Shown here piece by piece: positions 16,271-26,933 of a DNA stretch of 64,000 nt. A program made the translations under genes and the position numbers. Numbering within the stretch: position 1 is the stretch's first letter; each line of letters starts with the position of its first letter. The stretch spans positions 11,854 through 75,853 of the forward strand of contig CANHBC010000001.1 of assembly GCA_947458835.1 (NCBI GenBank), given 5' to 3'. Under the pieces are notes generated by a model, which ran no database searches, was not told the DNA's origin, and was given only the letters and a program-made list of their open reading frames with translations. This DNA is from Betaproteobacteria bacterium (GTDB lineage: Bacteria > Pseudomonadota > Gammaproteobacteria > Burkholderiales > CAIKXV01).

Positions 16271-16873
16271 TCACTTCTTCGCGGCGTCCGACCGCGGTGC
16301 ATTCGCGGCACCGGCCGGGGCCGGTTGGTCCCCCGCGCGTACGACATCGACGTTGAGGATGAACTCGTTGAGGCGCTGGTTCGAAACGGTCGCCGACTTG
16401 ATCTCGACCAGCGTGGCGTTCGCCAGCGAGGGCGAGGACTCGAGGTTGCGCATCAGCGTCGAGACGCGTGCATTCGACTGCGCGTAGCCGACGATGTTCA
16501 CCTTGGTGCCGGTCTGCTTGATGTTGCGCAGGTACACCCCGTCGGGCAGCTGGCGCGCGATCTGGTCGAACAGCTGTACGACCTCCGCACGGTTGGACTG
16601 CAGCGTCTCGACCACCCGCTTGCGCGCGAGCAGCTGCTGCGTCTGCTCGCGCAGCCGGCGGATGTCCTCGATCTGCTTGTCTAGCGAGGCGATCTGTTCG
16701 TCGAGGAACCTGTTGCGTGCCTTCTGGCTTTCGATCCGGGATGCCAGCACGCCGTGCACGAGGAAGATCACCCCCGCGCCGAGCGCGACCATCGCGACCG
16801 AGGCAACGATGAACGCGCGTTGCTGGGCAGCACGCTTCATCTCGCGGTGGGGTAGCAGATTTACGCGGATCAT
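16271..16873 (-). CDS. pilN: Type IV pilus assembly protein PilN
   Basis: Trimmed to MIRVNLLPHRE at 16873, the canonical PilN N-terminus. One TM helix follows. Confidence 0.88.
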   Translation of the reverse strand: MIRVNLLPHREMKRAAQQRAFIVASVAMVALGAGVIFLVHGVLASRIESQKARNRFLDEQIASLDKQIEDIRRLREQTQQLLARKRVVETLQSNRAEVVQLFDQIARQLPDGVYLRNIKQTGTKVNIVGYAQSNARVSTLMRNLESSPSLANATLVEIKSATVSNQRLNEFILNVDVVRAGDQPAPAGAANAPRSDAAKK

Positions 16874-16979
16874 CTGGACGGAGGAGGCGGTTCGGTTGGA
16901 GAGGGTGGCGGTGCGCTGCGAGCGGGCAGGGGCCTGTTCGTCGGTCCGGGCGGCGGGGCCGGGTCGACAGCGGGGGATG

Positions 16980-18113
16980 TCAGGCGGGGTCGAAGCGGCG
17001 CAGCGCGAGGCCGCAGGCAACCATCAGCGAGGGCGCATCGAGCTGTAACTGGCGCGGCCGGATCTTCGAGGACACGTCCATGCCCGCGAACGGGTTCGCG
17101 ACCACCGTCGGCACCTGGGTGCGGCGGCTGACCGTGTCGTCGAGGTCGGGGATCGCCGCACAGCCGCCGGCGAGCACCAGTTTGTCGACGCTGCTGTACT
17201 GGGTGGAGGTATAGAAGAACTGCAGGACCCGGGCGACCTCGAGCGCGAGGTTGTCCATGAATGGTTGCAGCACCTCCGATTCGTAGTTCTCGGGCAACCC
17301 GCCGTGGCGCTTGGCCATCTCCGCCTCTTCGGCCGTGAGGCCGAAGTGCCGCTGGATCTCCTGCGTCAGCTGCTGGCCGCCGAACGGCTGCTCGCGCAGG
17401 TAGACCGATTCGCCGTTGCGCAGGATGTTCACGGTCATCACGCTGGTGCCGACGTCGACGATCGCGATGGTCTGGTCCTGGCCGCCCTCGGGCAGGCTCC
17501 GGGCGATCAGTTCGAACGCGGCCTGGGTCGCATGGGACTCGATGTCGACCACGACCGCCTTCAGGCCGGCGGCCTCGGCCGCCGCTACGCGGTCCTCGAC
17601 CTTTTCCTTGCGCGAGGCGGCGATCAGGATCTCGATGTCTTCCGGATTGGTCGGGGACGGGCCCAGGACCTGGAAGTCGAGGTTGACTTCCTCGAGCGCG
17701 AACGGGATGTACTGGTTGGCCTCGGTCTCGACCTGCAGTTCCAGTTCGTCCTCCCGCTGCCCGGCCGGCACCGATATCTTCTTGGTGATCACCGCGGCCG
17801 TGGGCAGGGCGAGGGCGACGTTGCGCAACCGGCTGTTCAGCTTCTTCCAGCCGCGCTTGAAGGAGTCCGACACCTGGTCCAGGTTCACGATGTTGCCGTC
17901 GACCACCGAATCCTTGACCAGCGGCTCGATCACGTACCGCTCGATCCGGTACTTGCCGCGGCCGGCGTCTTCCAGTTCGACGAACTTGACCGCGGACGAG
18001 CTGATGTCCACGCCGATCAACGGCGGGGCCTTCGGCCGGAGCATCCGGCCGAGCGCGTCGAAATGGACGTCAAGTTTCCCCTTGAACATGGAAGGTTCAG
18101 TTATCCATCGCAC
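16980..18113 (-). CDS. pilM: Type IV pilus assembly ATPase-fold protein PilM
   Basis: It has an actin-like fold, with LIGVDISSSAVKFVEL and C-terminal LMVACGLALR. The start is ambiguous: GTG 18113, ATG 18089 or ATG 18044. Confidence 0.9.
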   Translation of the reverse strand: MRWITEPSMFKGKLDVHFDALGRMLRPKAPPLIGVDISSSAVKFVELEDAGRGKYRIERYVIEPLVKDSVVDGNIVNLDQVSDSFKRGWKKLNSRLRNVALALPTAAVITKKISVPAGQREDELELQVETEANQYIPFALEEVNLDFQVLGPSPTNPEDIEILIAASRKEKVEDRVAAAEAAGLKAVVVDIESHATQAAFELIARSLPEGGQDQTIAIVDVGTSVMTVNILRNGESVYLREQPFGGQQLTQEIQRHFGLTAEEAEMAKRHGGLPENYESEVLQPFMDNLALEVARVLQFFYTSTQYSSVDKLVLAGGCAAIPDLDDTVSRRTQVPTVVANPFAGMDVSSKIRPRQLQLDAPSLMVACGLALRRFDPA

Positions 18114-18212
18114 AAATGAGTTTAAAGGCTAGCAACAACTATTTGGACTGTAAAGCGTTTTATGCCTCTCGATCGCCATATAAGCGCGCCGGGAAGTCTC
18201 ATTTGCGGGTCG

Positions 18213-18257
18213 GATCCGGACCCCGTCATCTGACCGATCCGGACCCCGACATCTGCC
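18213..18257 (+). repeat. Imperfect tandem direct repeat (23 + 22 bp) in the pilM/mrcA divergent promoter region
   Basis: GATCCGGACCCCGTCATCTGACC is followed directly by GATCCGGACCCCGACATCTGCC. The repeat abuts a TATAAT hexamer at 18258-18263. Confidence 0.8.
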
Positions 18258-18268
18258 TATAATCGCCA

Positions 18269-20584
18269 ATGCTCAAACGCTGGTCGCTGATCGCTGCCCT
18301 CGTGGCTGCCGGAGGGGTCGGCCTCGCCGTGCTCGTGGTGGTGTTCGCGGCGGCCGTCGCCTTCCCCAACCTTCCCTCGCTCGAGGTCCTGACCGACTAT
18401 CGTCCGAAGGTTCCGCTGCGCGTGTTCAGCGCCGACGGCAAGCTGCTGGGCGAATTCGGCGAGGAACGCCGTGCGGTCGTGAAGATCGACGCGGTCCCGG
18501 ACCTGATGAAGAAGGCGATCCTCGCCGCAGAGGACGATCGCTTCTACGAGCATGGCGGGGTCGACTACCTCGGCGTGGTGCGCGCGGCCGTATCCAACTT
18601 CACCGGTGGCGGGGCCCGCCAGGGCGCCAGCACCATCACGATGCAGGTGGCCCGGAACTTCTTCCTGTCCCGCGAAAAGACCTTCACGCGCAAGTTTCAC
18701 GAGGCGCTCCTTGCTTTCAAGATCGAAGCGAGCCTGAGCAAGGACCAGATCCTCGAGCTCTACATCAACCAGATATTCCTGGGCCAGCGTGCCTACGGCT
18801 TTGCCGCGGCTGCGCAGACCTATTTCGGCAAGACGCTCGATCAACTTGAGGTCGCCGAGATGGCCATGCTCGCGGGGTTGCCGAAGGCGCCCTCGCGCTT
18901 CAACCCGGTGGTCAACCCGCAGCGTGCACGGCTTCGCCAGCAGTACGTGCTGCGGCGCATGCAGGAACTCGGCTACATCGATGCTGCACAGTTCGCCCGC
19001 GCCGAGAAGCACGTGATGCCGGTCAGGCGCGACGGAGCGGATTCGACGGTGCACGCCGACTACGTCGCCGAGATGGTCCGCCAGGTCATGTTCGACCGCT
19101 TCCGCGAGGAGGCTTACACGCGCGGTCTGCGCGTCTACACGACCGTCGTGAGCGAGCACCAACTTGCAGCGTACGCAGCCGTGAGGCGAGGCGTGGTCGC
19201 CTACGATCGGCGGCACGGGTTCCGCGGGCCGGAGCGATTCGTCGACCTGCCAGCGAACTTCACCGACGAGCAGCTCGAGGACCTGCTGCAGGACGATCCG
19301 GACAGCGAAGGCCTGTTCCCGGCGATCGTGCTGAAGATCGACGAAAAGTCGGCACTGCTGTACCGGCGCGGCCTGGGCCGGGTCACCGTTACCGGGGAGG
19401 GCCTGCGTTTCGCCCAGCGCACGATCGGCGAGCAGGCGCCGCTCAAGCAGCGGTTGCGTCCTGGCGCGGTGGTCCGCCTGCAGCGCGACGACAAGGGCGG
19501 CTGGAACATTACCCAGTTGCCGCAGGCCGAAGCCTCGCTGGTCGCGCTCGACCCGTCCGACGGCTCGATCCGAGCCCTGGTCGGCGGCTTCGACTTCAAC
19601 CGGACCCAGTTCAACCACGTGACCCAGGCGATCCGCCAGCCCGGGTCCAGCTTCAAGCCGTTCATCTTCTCGGCGGCCCTGGAGCGCGGATTCACCGCCG
19701 CGACCGTAGTCAACGACGCGCCGCTCAGCTTCGGCTCGCGTGAGACCGGGTCGGAGCCCTGGGAGCCCAAGAACTACGATGGCAAGTACGACGGGCCGAT
19801 GCGCATCCGTACCGCGCTCGCGCGTTCGAAGAACCTCGTCACGATCCGCGTCCTGCAGGCCATCGGTACCCAGTATGCCCAGGACTACATCACGAAGTTC
19901 GGCTTCGATCCGAAGCTGCACCCCCCTTACCTGACGATGGCGCTGGGCGCTGGCGGTGTCACGCCGCTGCAGATGGCCGCCGGCTATGCGGTGTTCGCCA
20001 ATGGCGGCTTCCGGGTGACGCCGTTCCTGATCCGGCGCATCGAGGACCAGAAGGGCGCGGTGCTGTTCGAAGCCGCGCCCGCGGTGGCGAACGAAAGCGC
20101 AGAACGGGTGATCGACGTGCGCAACGCGTTCATGATGACCAGCCTGATGCAGGACGTGGTGCGGGCCGGCACCGCCACCCGTGCGCTGTCGATCGGGCGC
20201 AGCGACCTCGCGGGCAAGACCGGTACCACCAACGACTTCCTCGACGCCTGGTTCGCCGGATATCAGCCGGGCCTGGTCGCGGTAAGCTGGGTCGGCTTCT
20301 CGACGCCCCGGACCCTCGGGCCCGGCGAGACCGGCGGCACGGCGGCGCTGCCGATCTGGATCAACTACATGGCGGTAGCGCTCAAGGGCGTGCCCGACCA
20401 GCCACTGGTGCCGCCGGAGGGCGTCGCCACGGCGCGCATCGATCCGGCGACCGGCCTGCGCGATCCGGCCGGTGGCGGGATGAACGAATTCTTCTACCAC
20501 GAGAACCTGCCGCGCGAGAACGACGGCGCGCCCCAGGGCGTGGATGCCCGGCCGCAGGACGACGTGAAGGCGCAGATCTTCTGA
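18269..20584 (+). CDS. mrcA: Penicillin-binding protein 1A (bifunctional transglycosylase/transpeptidase)
   Basis: 771 aa with the GT51 motifs EDDRFYEHGG and RKFHEA, and the transpeptidase motifs SSFKP and KTGTTN. It is divergent from pilM, as in pseudomonads. Confidence 0.95.
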   Translation: MLKRWSLIAALVAAGGVGLAVLVVVFAAAVAFPNLPSLEVLTDYRPKVPLRVFSADGKLLGEFGEERRAVVKIDAVPDLMKKAILAAEDDRFYEHGGVDYLGVVRAAVSNFTGGGARQGASTITMQVARNFFLSREKTFTRKFHEALLAFKIEASLSKDQILELYINQIFLGQRAYGFAAAAQTYFGKTLDQLEVAEMAMLAGLPKAPSRFNPVVNPQRARLRQQYVLRRMQELGYIDAAQFARAEKHVMPVRRDGADSTVHADYVAEMVRQVMFDRFREEAYTRGLRVYTTVVSEHQLAAYAAVRRGVVAYDRRHGFRGPERFVDLPANFTDEQLEDLLQDDPDSEGLFPAIVLKIDEKSALLYRRGLGRVTVTGEGLRFAQRTIGEQAPLKQRLRPGAVVRLQRDDKGGWNITQLPQAEASLVALDPSDGSIRALVGGFDFNRTQFNHVTQAIRQPGSSFKPFIFSAALERGFTAATVVNDAPLSFGSRETGSEPWEPKNYDGKYDGPMRIRTALARSKNLVTIRVLQAIGTQYAQDYITKFGFDPKLHPPYLTMALGAGGVTPLQMAAGYAVFANGGFRVTPFLIRRIEDQKGAVLFEAAPAVANESAERVIDVRNAFMMTSLMQDVVRAGTATRALSIGRSDLAGKTGTTNDFLDAWFAGYQPGLVAVSWVGFSTPRTLGPGETGGTAALPIWINYMAVALKGVPDQPLVPPEGVATARIDPATGLRDPAGGGMNEFFYHENLPRENDGAPQGVDARPQDDVKAQIF

Positions 20585-20594
20585 AGGGCAGCGC

Positions 20595-21236
20595 GTGGCA
20601 CGAGAGACCCATTCCAGGCAGCGCCAGTTGCGCGAGCAGATCGCGCAACTGGCCGCGCGCCTGATCGCCGAGGACGGGATCGACGACTGGGGCCTCGCCA
20701 AGAAGAAGGCGGCACGCACGCTGGGGCTGGCCGAAGCGCACTGCCTGCCGACCAACGTTGAGCTGGAAGCTGCGCTGCTCGAGCATCAGCGAATCTTCGA
20801 CGAGGAAGGTCAACGCGAGGCGCTGCACTGGCTGCGCTCGCAGGCGCTCGACCTGATGGAACTGTTCGCCCGCTTCGAGCCGCACCTGGTCGGCCCTGTG
20901 CTGTCGGGGGCGATCGGACGTTATCCGACGATCCACCTGCACCTGTTCGCCGACGACGAAAAGGCGATAGAGTGGTTCCTGCTCAAGGAAGCCATTCCGT
21001 ACGACCCGTCCCAACGCCGGGTGTTCATTGCCGGAGCTCCAGCTACCGTGCCGTGTTTCGAACTGAATGTCGACGGAACCGACGTGCACCTGCTCCAGTT
21101 CGCGGGGGCCGACCGCCACCAGCCGGTCCGCCTGACCGCCGACGGTCGGCCGATGGCCCGTGCGGGCAGGGCCAGCCTGGTCGCCAGGCTGGACGAGACG
21201 GCGGCGCCCGAGACCCTGCTGCGGGCCGATCGATGA
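20595..21236 (+). CDS. Conserved hypothetical protein (no family recognised)
   Basis: 213-aa ORF with a GTG start 10 nt after the mrcA stop. Codon usage is like its neighbours. I could not assign any motif. Confidence 0.55.
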   Translation: MARETHSRQRQLREQIAQLAARLIAEDGIDDWGLAKKKAARTLGLAEAHCLPTNVELEAALLEHQRIFDEEGQREALHWLRSQALDLMELFARFEPHLVGPVLSGAIGRYPTIHLHLFADDEKAIEWFLLKEAIPYDPSQRRVFIAGAPATVPCFELNVDGTDVHLLQFAGADRHQPVRLTADGRPMARAGRASLVARLDETAAPETLLRADR

Positions 21237-21266
21237 ATCGCCGACGTTTCGGGCAGGGCTGCGTCC

Positions 21267-22031
21267 ATGGTCGCTGAGGGCGCTGGCATGCCCGTGAGCG
21301 AGGCCGATGACCTCAGCCGGTTCCTCGTTCGCTCACTGACGCAGATCACGCAGATCCTGTCGTCGATCGCGGACGAGCGCGAGATCGTCACCGCCTACTT
21401 CAACCGCGGTCGCCATTTCGTGCTGACGGCGATTCTGGACGTCGATGTGCCGAACCGCGAGGTGGTGATCGACCGCGGGGCCGACGAGGCGATCAACGCG
21501 AAGCTGCTGGAGAGCGACCGTATCGTTCTGGTCAGCACGCACGAGAAGGTCAAGGTCCAGTTCAGCGTCAGGCGGGCGCGCGAGGTCGAGCACGAGGGGC
21601 GGCCCGCGTTCGCGATCACACTGCCGCCGGAACTGCTCAAGCTGCAGCGTCGGGAGTTCTTCCGCGTGCGTACCAGTCCGGGCGAGCCGGTGCGGGTACG
21701 CCTGCCGGTGGGGCCGTCGGAGATCATCGAACTGCAGGCGCTCGACGTGAGCATCGGCGGATTGTCTGTTTTCGTGCGCCTGCCGGCCGAGCAGAGCGCG
21801 ATCGGTTCCCGCTTCCCGGGGGGAACCCTGCAGGTCGGTACGGGCAGCACGTTCCCGGTCGAACTGGAGCTGCGAAACGTGAACGACGTGCGCCTTCGCA
21901 ACGGCGTCGACGCGACGCGCGCCGGATTCATGTTCATCGATCTCCCGGAGGCTGCCCAGCAGCAGATCCAGCGCTACCTGCTGCGGGTCGAGCGGGACCG
22001 GCGCAGCCGGGAAGCGGACCTCCGGGGCTGA
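21267..22031 (+). CDS. YcgR-like c-di-GMP receptor (PilZN + PilZ domains)
   Basis: The C-terminal PilZ motifs are RREFFR (RxxxR) and DVSIGGLS (DxSxxG). The N-terminal half, about 110 aa, resembles the YcgR N-domain. Confidence 0.8.
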   Translation: MVAEGAGMPVSEADDLSRFLVRSLTQITQILSSIADEREIVTAYFNRGRHFVLTAILDVDVPNREVVIDRGADEAINAKLLESDRIVLVSTHEKVKVQFSVRRAREVEHEGRPAFAITLPPELLKLQRREFFRVRTSPGEPVRVRLPVGPSEIIELQALDVSIGGLSVFVRLPAEQSAIGSRFPGGTLQVGTGSTFPVELELRNVNDVRLRNGVDATRAGFMFIDLPEAAQQQIQRYLLRVERDRRSREADLRG

Positions 22032-22041
22032 GGCTTCGCCC

Positions 22042-23280
<1,239 letters not shown>

Positions 23281-23316
23281 ATGCTTGCGCGGCGCACGCA
23301 CCAGCGCCCGGATCCG

Positions 23317-23964
23317 TCAGCCTTCGCGTGCGGCGCGTCGTTCACTGCTGCTGACCGGCGCCTTGACTTCGATCCCGAGCAGGCCGGCGACCGTCGCCGC
23401 CAGCGTGTCGATGCCGATCCGCTTCGGACTGGACAGCGCCTGCACGGTCACGGGCAGCGGGGCCAGGGGCGCAAGCGCATCGGTGACCTCGCGCACCGCC
23501 TGCGCCTGCTGCTGCCGCGTCAGCTTGTCGGCCTTGGACAGCACCACGTGCAGCGGCAGCCCGCGCGGCGCGATCCACTCGACCAGGCGGACGTCGAGCG
23601 GGGTGAGCGGGTGGCGGATGTCCATGATCACCACCAGCCCGGCCAATTCCTGCCGCTCCTGCAGGTAGCGCTCGAGCAGCACGCCCCAGTCGCGCTTGAT
23701 GTCCTTCGCGACCTTCGCATACCCATACCCCGGCAGGTCGACGATACGGCGTCCCGGAACTACCTCGAACAGGTTGATCAGCTGCGTGCGGCCGGGCTGC
23801 TTGCTGACGAAGGCGAGCCGTCCGATGCCGGTCAGCGCATTGATGGTGCTGGATTTTCCGGCATTCGACCGACCCACGAAGGCGACCTCCCGCCCACCGT
23901 CGGCGGGCAGTCGCTCGATCTCGGCGGCGCTTTCGCGGAACACCGTCTTGCTGAATACGGACAT
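23317..23964 (-). CDS. engB: Ribosome-biogenesis GTPase EngB/YihA
   Basis: 215 aa with G1 GRSNAGKSS, then PGRTQ and DLPGYGYA motifs. Confidence 0.95.
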   Translation of the reverse strand: MSVFSKTVFRESAAEIERLPADGGREVAFVGRSNAGKSSTINALTGIGRLAFVSKQPGRTQLINLFEVVPGRRIVDLPGYGYAKVAKDIKRDWGVLLERYLQERQELAGLVVIMDIRHPLTPLDVRLVEWIAPRGLPLHVVLSKADKLTRQQQAQAVREVTDALAPLAPLPVTVQALSSPKRIGIDTLAATVAGLLGIEVKAPVSSSERRAAREG

Positions 23965-24113
23965 CGACAGGATCGCTTTCGCCGATCCGACTGGCGCCGG
24001 AACGGTCGGTCAAGTTAATATCGAGAGTTACCGTGCCCGGTCGCCATCGAATTCGGCAGACCACGCACACCTACACCCGAAAAGATCGACGAGTGTCCGG
24101 CAGGGAGTCACGA

Positions 24114-24782
24114 ATGACAAGAAGTCTTGCGATCGCCGTGCTGATGGCTGGCGCAGCGCTGGCATCCGTTTACCCGGGCAGTGCCGCCCATGCGGCCACT
24201 GCCACGGCCGAGGCACCGGCGGCACCGAAAGGTGACCCGGCGCGTGGCCAGACCCTGGCTGGCGGCACCTGTGCCGGCTGCCACGGCGCGGATGGCAACA
24301 GCGCCATTCCGGCCAACCCCACGCTCGCCGGCCAGCATGCCGGCTACATCGCCAAGCAGCTCGCGAACTTCAAGTCGGGCGAGCGCAAGAACGCCATCAT
24401 GCAGGGCATGTCGGCTGCGCTGTCGCCGCAGGACATGCTCGACCTCGGGGCGTTCTATGCAAGGCAGGCGGTCAAGCCACGCCCGGCGGACGACAAGGAA
24501 CTCGCCCTGGCCGGCCAGAAGCTCTATCGTGCCGGCAACGCTGGCAACGGGCTGCCGTCCTGCGCCGGCTGCCATTCGCCCAATGGGGCCGGCATCCCGG
24601 CCCAGTATCCGCGGCTGGCCGGCCAGCACGCCGAGTACACCGTCGCCCAGCTGCGTGCCTTCCGCGCCGGCGAACGCGGCAACGACATGAACAAGGTCAT
24701 GCGTACCATCGCAAGCCGGCTCTCCGACCGTGAGATGGATGCTCTGGCGCAGTACCTGTCCGGGCTGACCGGCGGACGCTGA
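24114..24782 (+). CDS. Dihaem cytochrome c4
   Basis: Trimmed to MTRSLAIAVL (signal peptide) at 24114. It has two CxxCH sites (CAGCH twice) in two repeated class-I domains, and it is divergent from engB. Confidence 0.92.
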   Translation: MTRSLAIAVLMAGAALASVYPGSAAHAATATAEAPAAPKGDPARGQTLAGGTCAGCHGADGNSAIPANPTLAGQHAGYIAKQLANFKSGERKNAIMQGMSAALSPQDMLDLGAFYARQAVKPRPADDKELALAGQKLYRAGNAGNGLPSCAGCHSPNGAGIPAQYPRLAGQHAEYTVAQLRAFRAGERGNDMNKVMRTIASRLSDREMDALAQYLSGLTGGR

Positions 24783-24804
24783 GACGGCGCCAGGATTTCA
24801 TCGA

Positions 24805-24836
24805 CGGGCCTCCTTCGGGAGGCCCGTTGCGTTTCC
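24805..24836 (+). terminator. Intrinsic terminator after cytochrome c4 (between convergent cc4 and hemL)
   Basis: CGGGCCTCC-TTCG-GGAGGCCCG followed by TTGCGTTTCC. Confidence 0.65.
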
Positions 24837-24908
24837 GGCCCTGGTGCCTGGCCTGCGAGGGGCAGGCGATGCGTACGGCACATCGCCTGCCGGCATTGCC
24901 GCTTAGTG

Positions 24909-26198
24909 TCAGCCGCGGGCGATCGCTGCGAGCGCCTCGCGTGCGGCCGCCGCGGTCTCGGCGACCTCGCGTTCACCGTGCGCGATCGATACGAAGCCGG
25001 CCTCGTAGGCCGACGGCGCGAGGTAGACCCCGCGCCCGAGCATCTCGTGGAAGAACGCGTTGAACCGCACCCCGTCGCACTGCATGACTTCGGCGAAGTT
25101 GCGCGGCGGTTCGCTGCGGAAGTACAGCCCGAACATGCCACCGACAGACTGCGCGGACAGCGCGATCCCGTTCGCCTTCCCGGCCGCCACGAACGCGCCG
25201 CAGACCGCACGTGTGGTCGCAGCCAGCCGGTCATGGAATCCCGGTTGCAGGATCTGCTCGAGCGTCGCCAGGCCGGCAGCCACCGCCACCGGGTTGCCCG
25301 ACAGGGTCCCGGCCTGGTACACCGGTCCCGTCGGTGCGACGAACGCCATCACGTCGCGTCGTCCGCCGAACGCACCGAGTGGCATGCCGCCGCCGATGAC
25401 CTTGCCGAAGGTGCTCAGGTCGGGCGTGATGCCGTACAGGCCTTGGGCGCTGCCCGGTGCCACCCGGAAACCGGTCATCACCTCGTCGAAGATCAGCACC
25501 GACCCATGCCGGGTGCACGCGTCGCGCAGTGCCTGCAGGAAGCCCGGCTGCGGCAGCACCATGTTCATGTTGCCGGCGATCGGCTCGACGATCACCGCCG
25601 CGATCGTGTCACCGATCTCGCGGAAGGTGCGCTGCACCTCTTCGATGTCGTTGTACTGCAGCACCAGCGTGTGCTGGGCCAGTTCCGGCGGCACCCCGGC
25701 CGAGCTCGGCTGGCCGAGTGTCAGTGCACCCGAACCGGCCTTCACCAGCAGGCTGTCGCCATGGCCGTGGTAGCAGCCTTCGAACTTCACGATCCGGCTG
25801 CGTCCGGTGAAGCCGCGGGCTACCCGGATCGCGCTCATCGTGGCCTCGGTGCCCGAGGACACCAGCCGCACCGACTCGATCGATGGCACGGCGGCGACGA
25901 GCGCCTCGGCCAGCTTGAGCTCGCCGGCAGTCGGGGCGCCGAAGGACAGCCCGTTGCGCGCAGCGCGTTCGACGGCCGCCAGCACCACCGGGTCGGCATG
26001 GCCGAGGATGGCCGGACCCCACGATCCGATGTAGTCGATGTAGCGGTTGCCGTCGACGTCCCAGGCATGGGCGCCGAGGGCGCGCTCGAAGAACACCGGC
26101 GTGCCGCCGACCGACCGGAAGGCGCGCACCGGCGAGTTCACGCCGCCGGGGATCAGTTTCTGGGAACGTTCGAACAGCGCTTCGCTGCTGGGTCGCAT
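24909..26198 (-). CDS. hemL: Glutamate-1-semialdehyde 2,1-aminomutase
   Basis: It has the [13 protein letters not shown] motif and the PLP-Lys region. The start at 26198 ([12 protein letters not shown]) matches the length of the E. coli HemL N-terminus; the track start is 26231. Confidence 0.94.
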   Translation of the reverse strand: MRPSSEALFERSQKLIPGGVNSPVRAFRSVGGTPVFFERALGAHAWDVDGNRYIDYIGSWGPAILGHADPVVLAAVERAARNGLSFGAPTAGELKLAEALVAAVPSIESVRLVSSGTEATMSAIRVARGFTGRSRIVKFEGCYHGHGDSLLVKAGSGALTLGQPSSAGVPPELAQHTLVLQYNDIEEVQRTFREIGDTIAAVIVEPIAGNMNMVLPQPGFLQALRDACTRHGSVLIFDEVMTGFRVAPGSAQGLYGITPDLSTFGKVIGGGMPLGAFGGRRDVMAFVAPTGPVYQAGTLSGNPVAVAAGLATLEQILQPGFHDRLAATTRAVCGAFVAAGKANGIALSAQSVGGMFGLYFRSEPPRNFAEVMQCDGVRFNAFFHEMLGRGVYLAPSAYEAGFVSIAHGEREVAETAAAAREALAAIARG

Positions 26199-26211
26199 GG
26201 TTGGGCTCCGT

Positions 26212-26889
26212 TCAGGGATGGGATCCGTCACGTCCGGTCGTGCCGGGCCGTCGCCGGGTCTCTGGGTCGATCAGTTGGTTGAAGCTGCGTACCGCTTCGG
26301 CGATGTCCGGTGCGTCGTAGACGGCGCTGATCACCGCGAGCGAATCGGCGCCAGCCTGCAGCACGCCGGGCGCATTGCCAAGGTCGATGCCGCCGATCGC
26401 GACGATCGGCACGCGCAGGCGGGCCCGGGCGTCCGCGAGCAGTGCGTGGGAGGCGCGGACCGCGGCGGGCTTGACGCGGGATGGGAACATCGCGCCGAAG
26501 GCCACGTAGTCGGCACCGTCGGCTTCCGCCTGCAGCGCGCGTTCCAGCGAGTCGTAGCAACTCACTCCCACGATCGTGCGGCCCACGTGGGCACGCGCCT
26601 GCGCCACGGTGCCGTCGTCGCGGCCCAGGTGGACGCCATCGGCGCCTACCGCTGCGGCCAGCGCCGGATCGTCGTTGACGATCAGCAGTGCGCCGGCGGC
26701 GCGGCAGGCCATCGCGATGGCCCGGGCCGTGGCTGCACGAGCGCCCGGCGCCTCGCCGGAGGCCGGCTTGGCGCGGTACTGCAGGAGCCGTACGCCGGCG
26801 GCAAGCGAAAGTCGGACGCGGTCGAGCAGGTCGGCCGCCTGCAGGCCGTCCGGTGTCACGGCGTACAGGCCGGGTAGTTGCACGGACAT
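26212..26889 (-). CDS. thiE: Thiamine-phosphate synthase
   Basis: Trimmed from the fused ORF to [13 protein letters not shown] at 26889. Length is 225 aa, and the TIM-barrel motifs VHLG and AIGGI are present. Confidence 0.9.
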   Translation of the reverse strand: MSVQLPGLYAVTPDGLQAADLLDRVRLSLAAGVRLLQYRAKPASGEAPGARAATARAIAMACRAAGALLIVNDDPALAAAVGADGVHLGRDDGTVAQARAHVGRTIVGVSCYDSLERALQAEADGADYVAFGAMFPSRVKPAAVRASHALLADARARLRVPIVAIGGIDLGNAPGVLQAGADSLAVISAVYDAPDIAEAVRSFNQLIDPETRRRPGTTGRDGSHP

Positions 26890-26933
26890 CGTTTCAGGCG
26901 GCTCTGTGGGGGAGGGCGGCGTGGCGGCCGGGC

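Noticed and set aside
18257-20755. An 832-aa minus-strand ORF, with similar long antisense ORFs at 12786-15005, 37190-39856, 59006-61183, 59868-62270 and 36992-38575
   Set aside because: Each lies opposite a gene with a strong family signature (mrcA, pilQ, ubiH/dusB, ilvD/lgt, pepP). Each has a biased, Arg/Gly/Pro/Ala-rich composition with no recognisable motifs. They are GC-driven artefacts.
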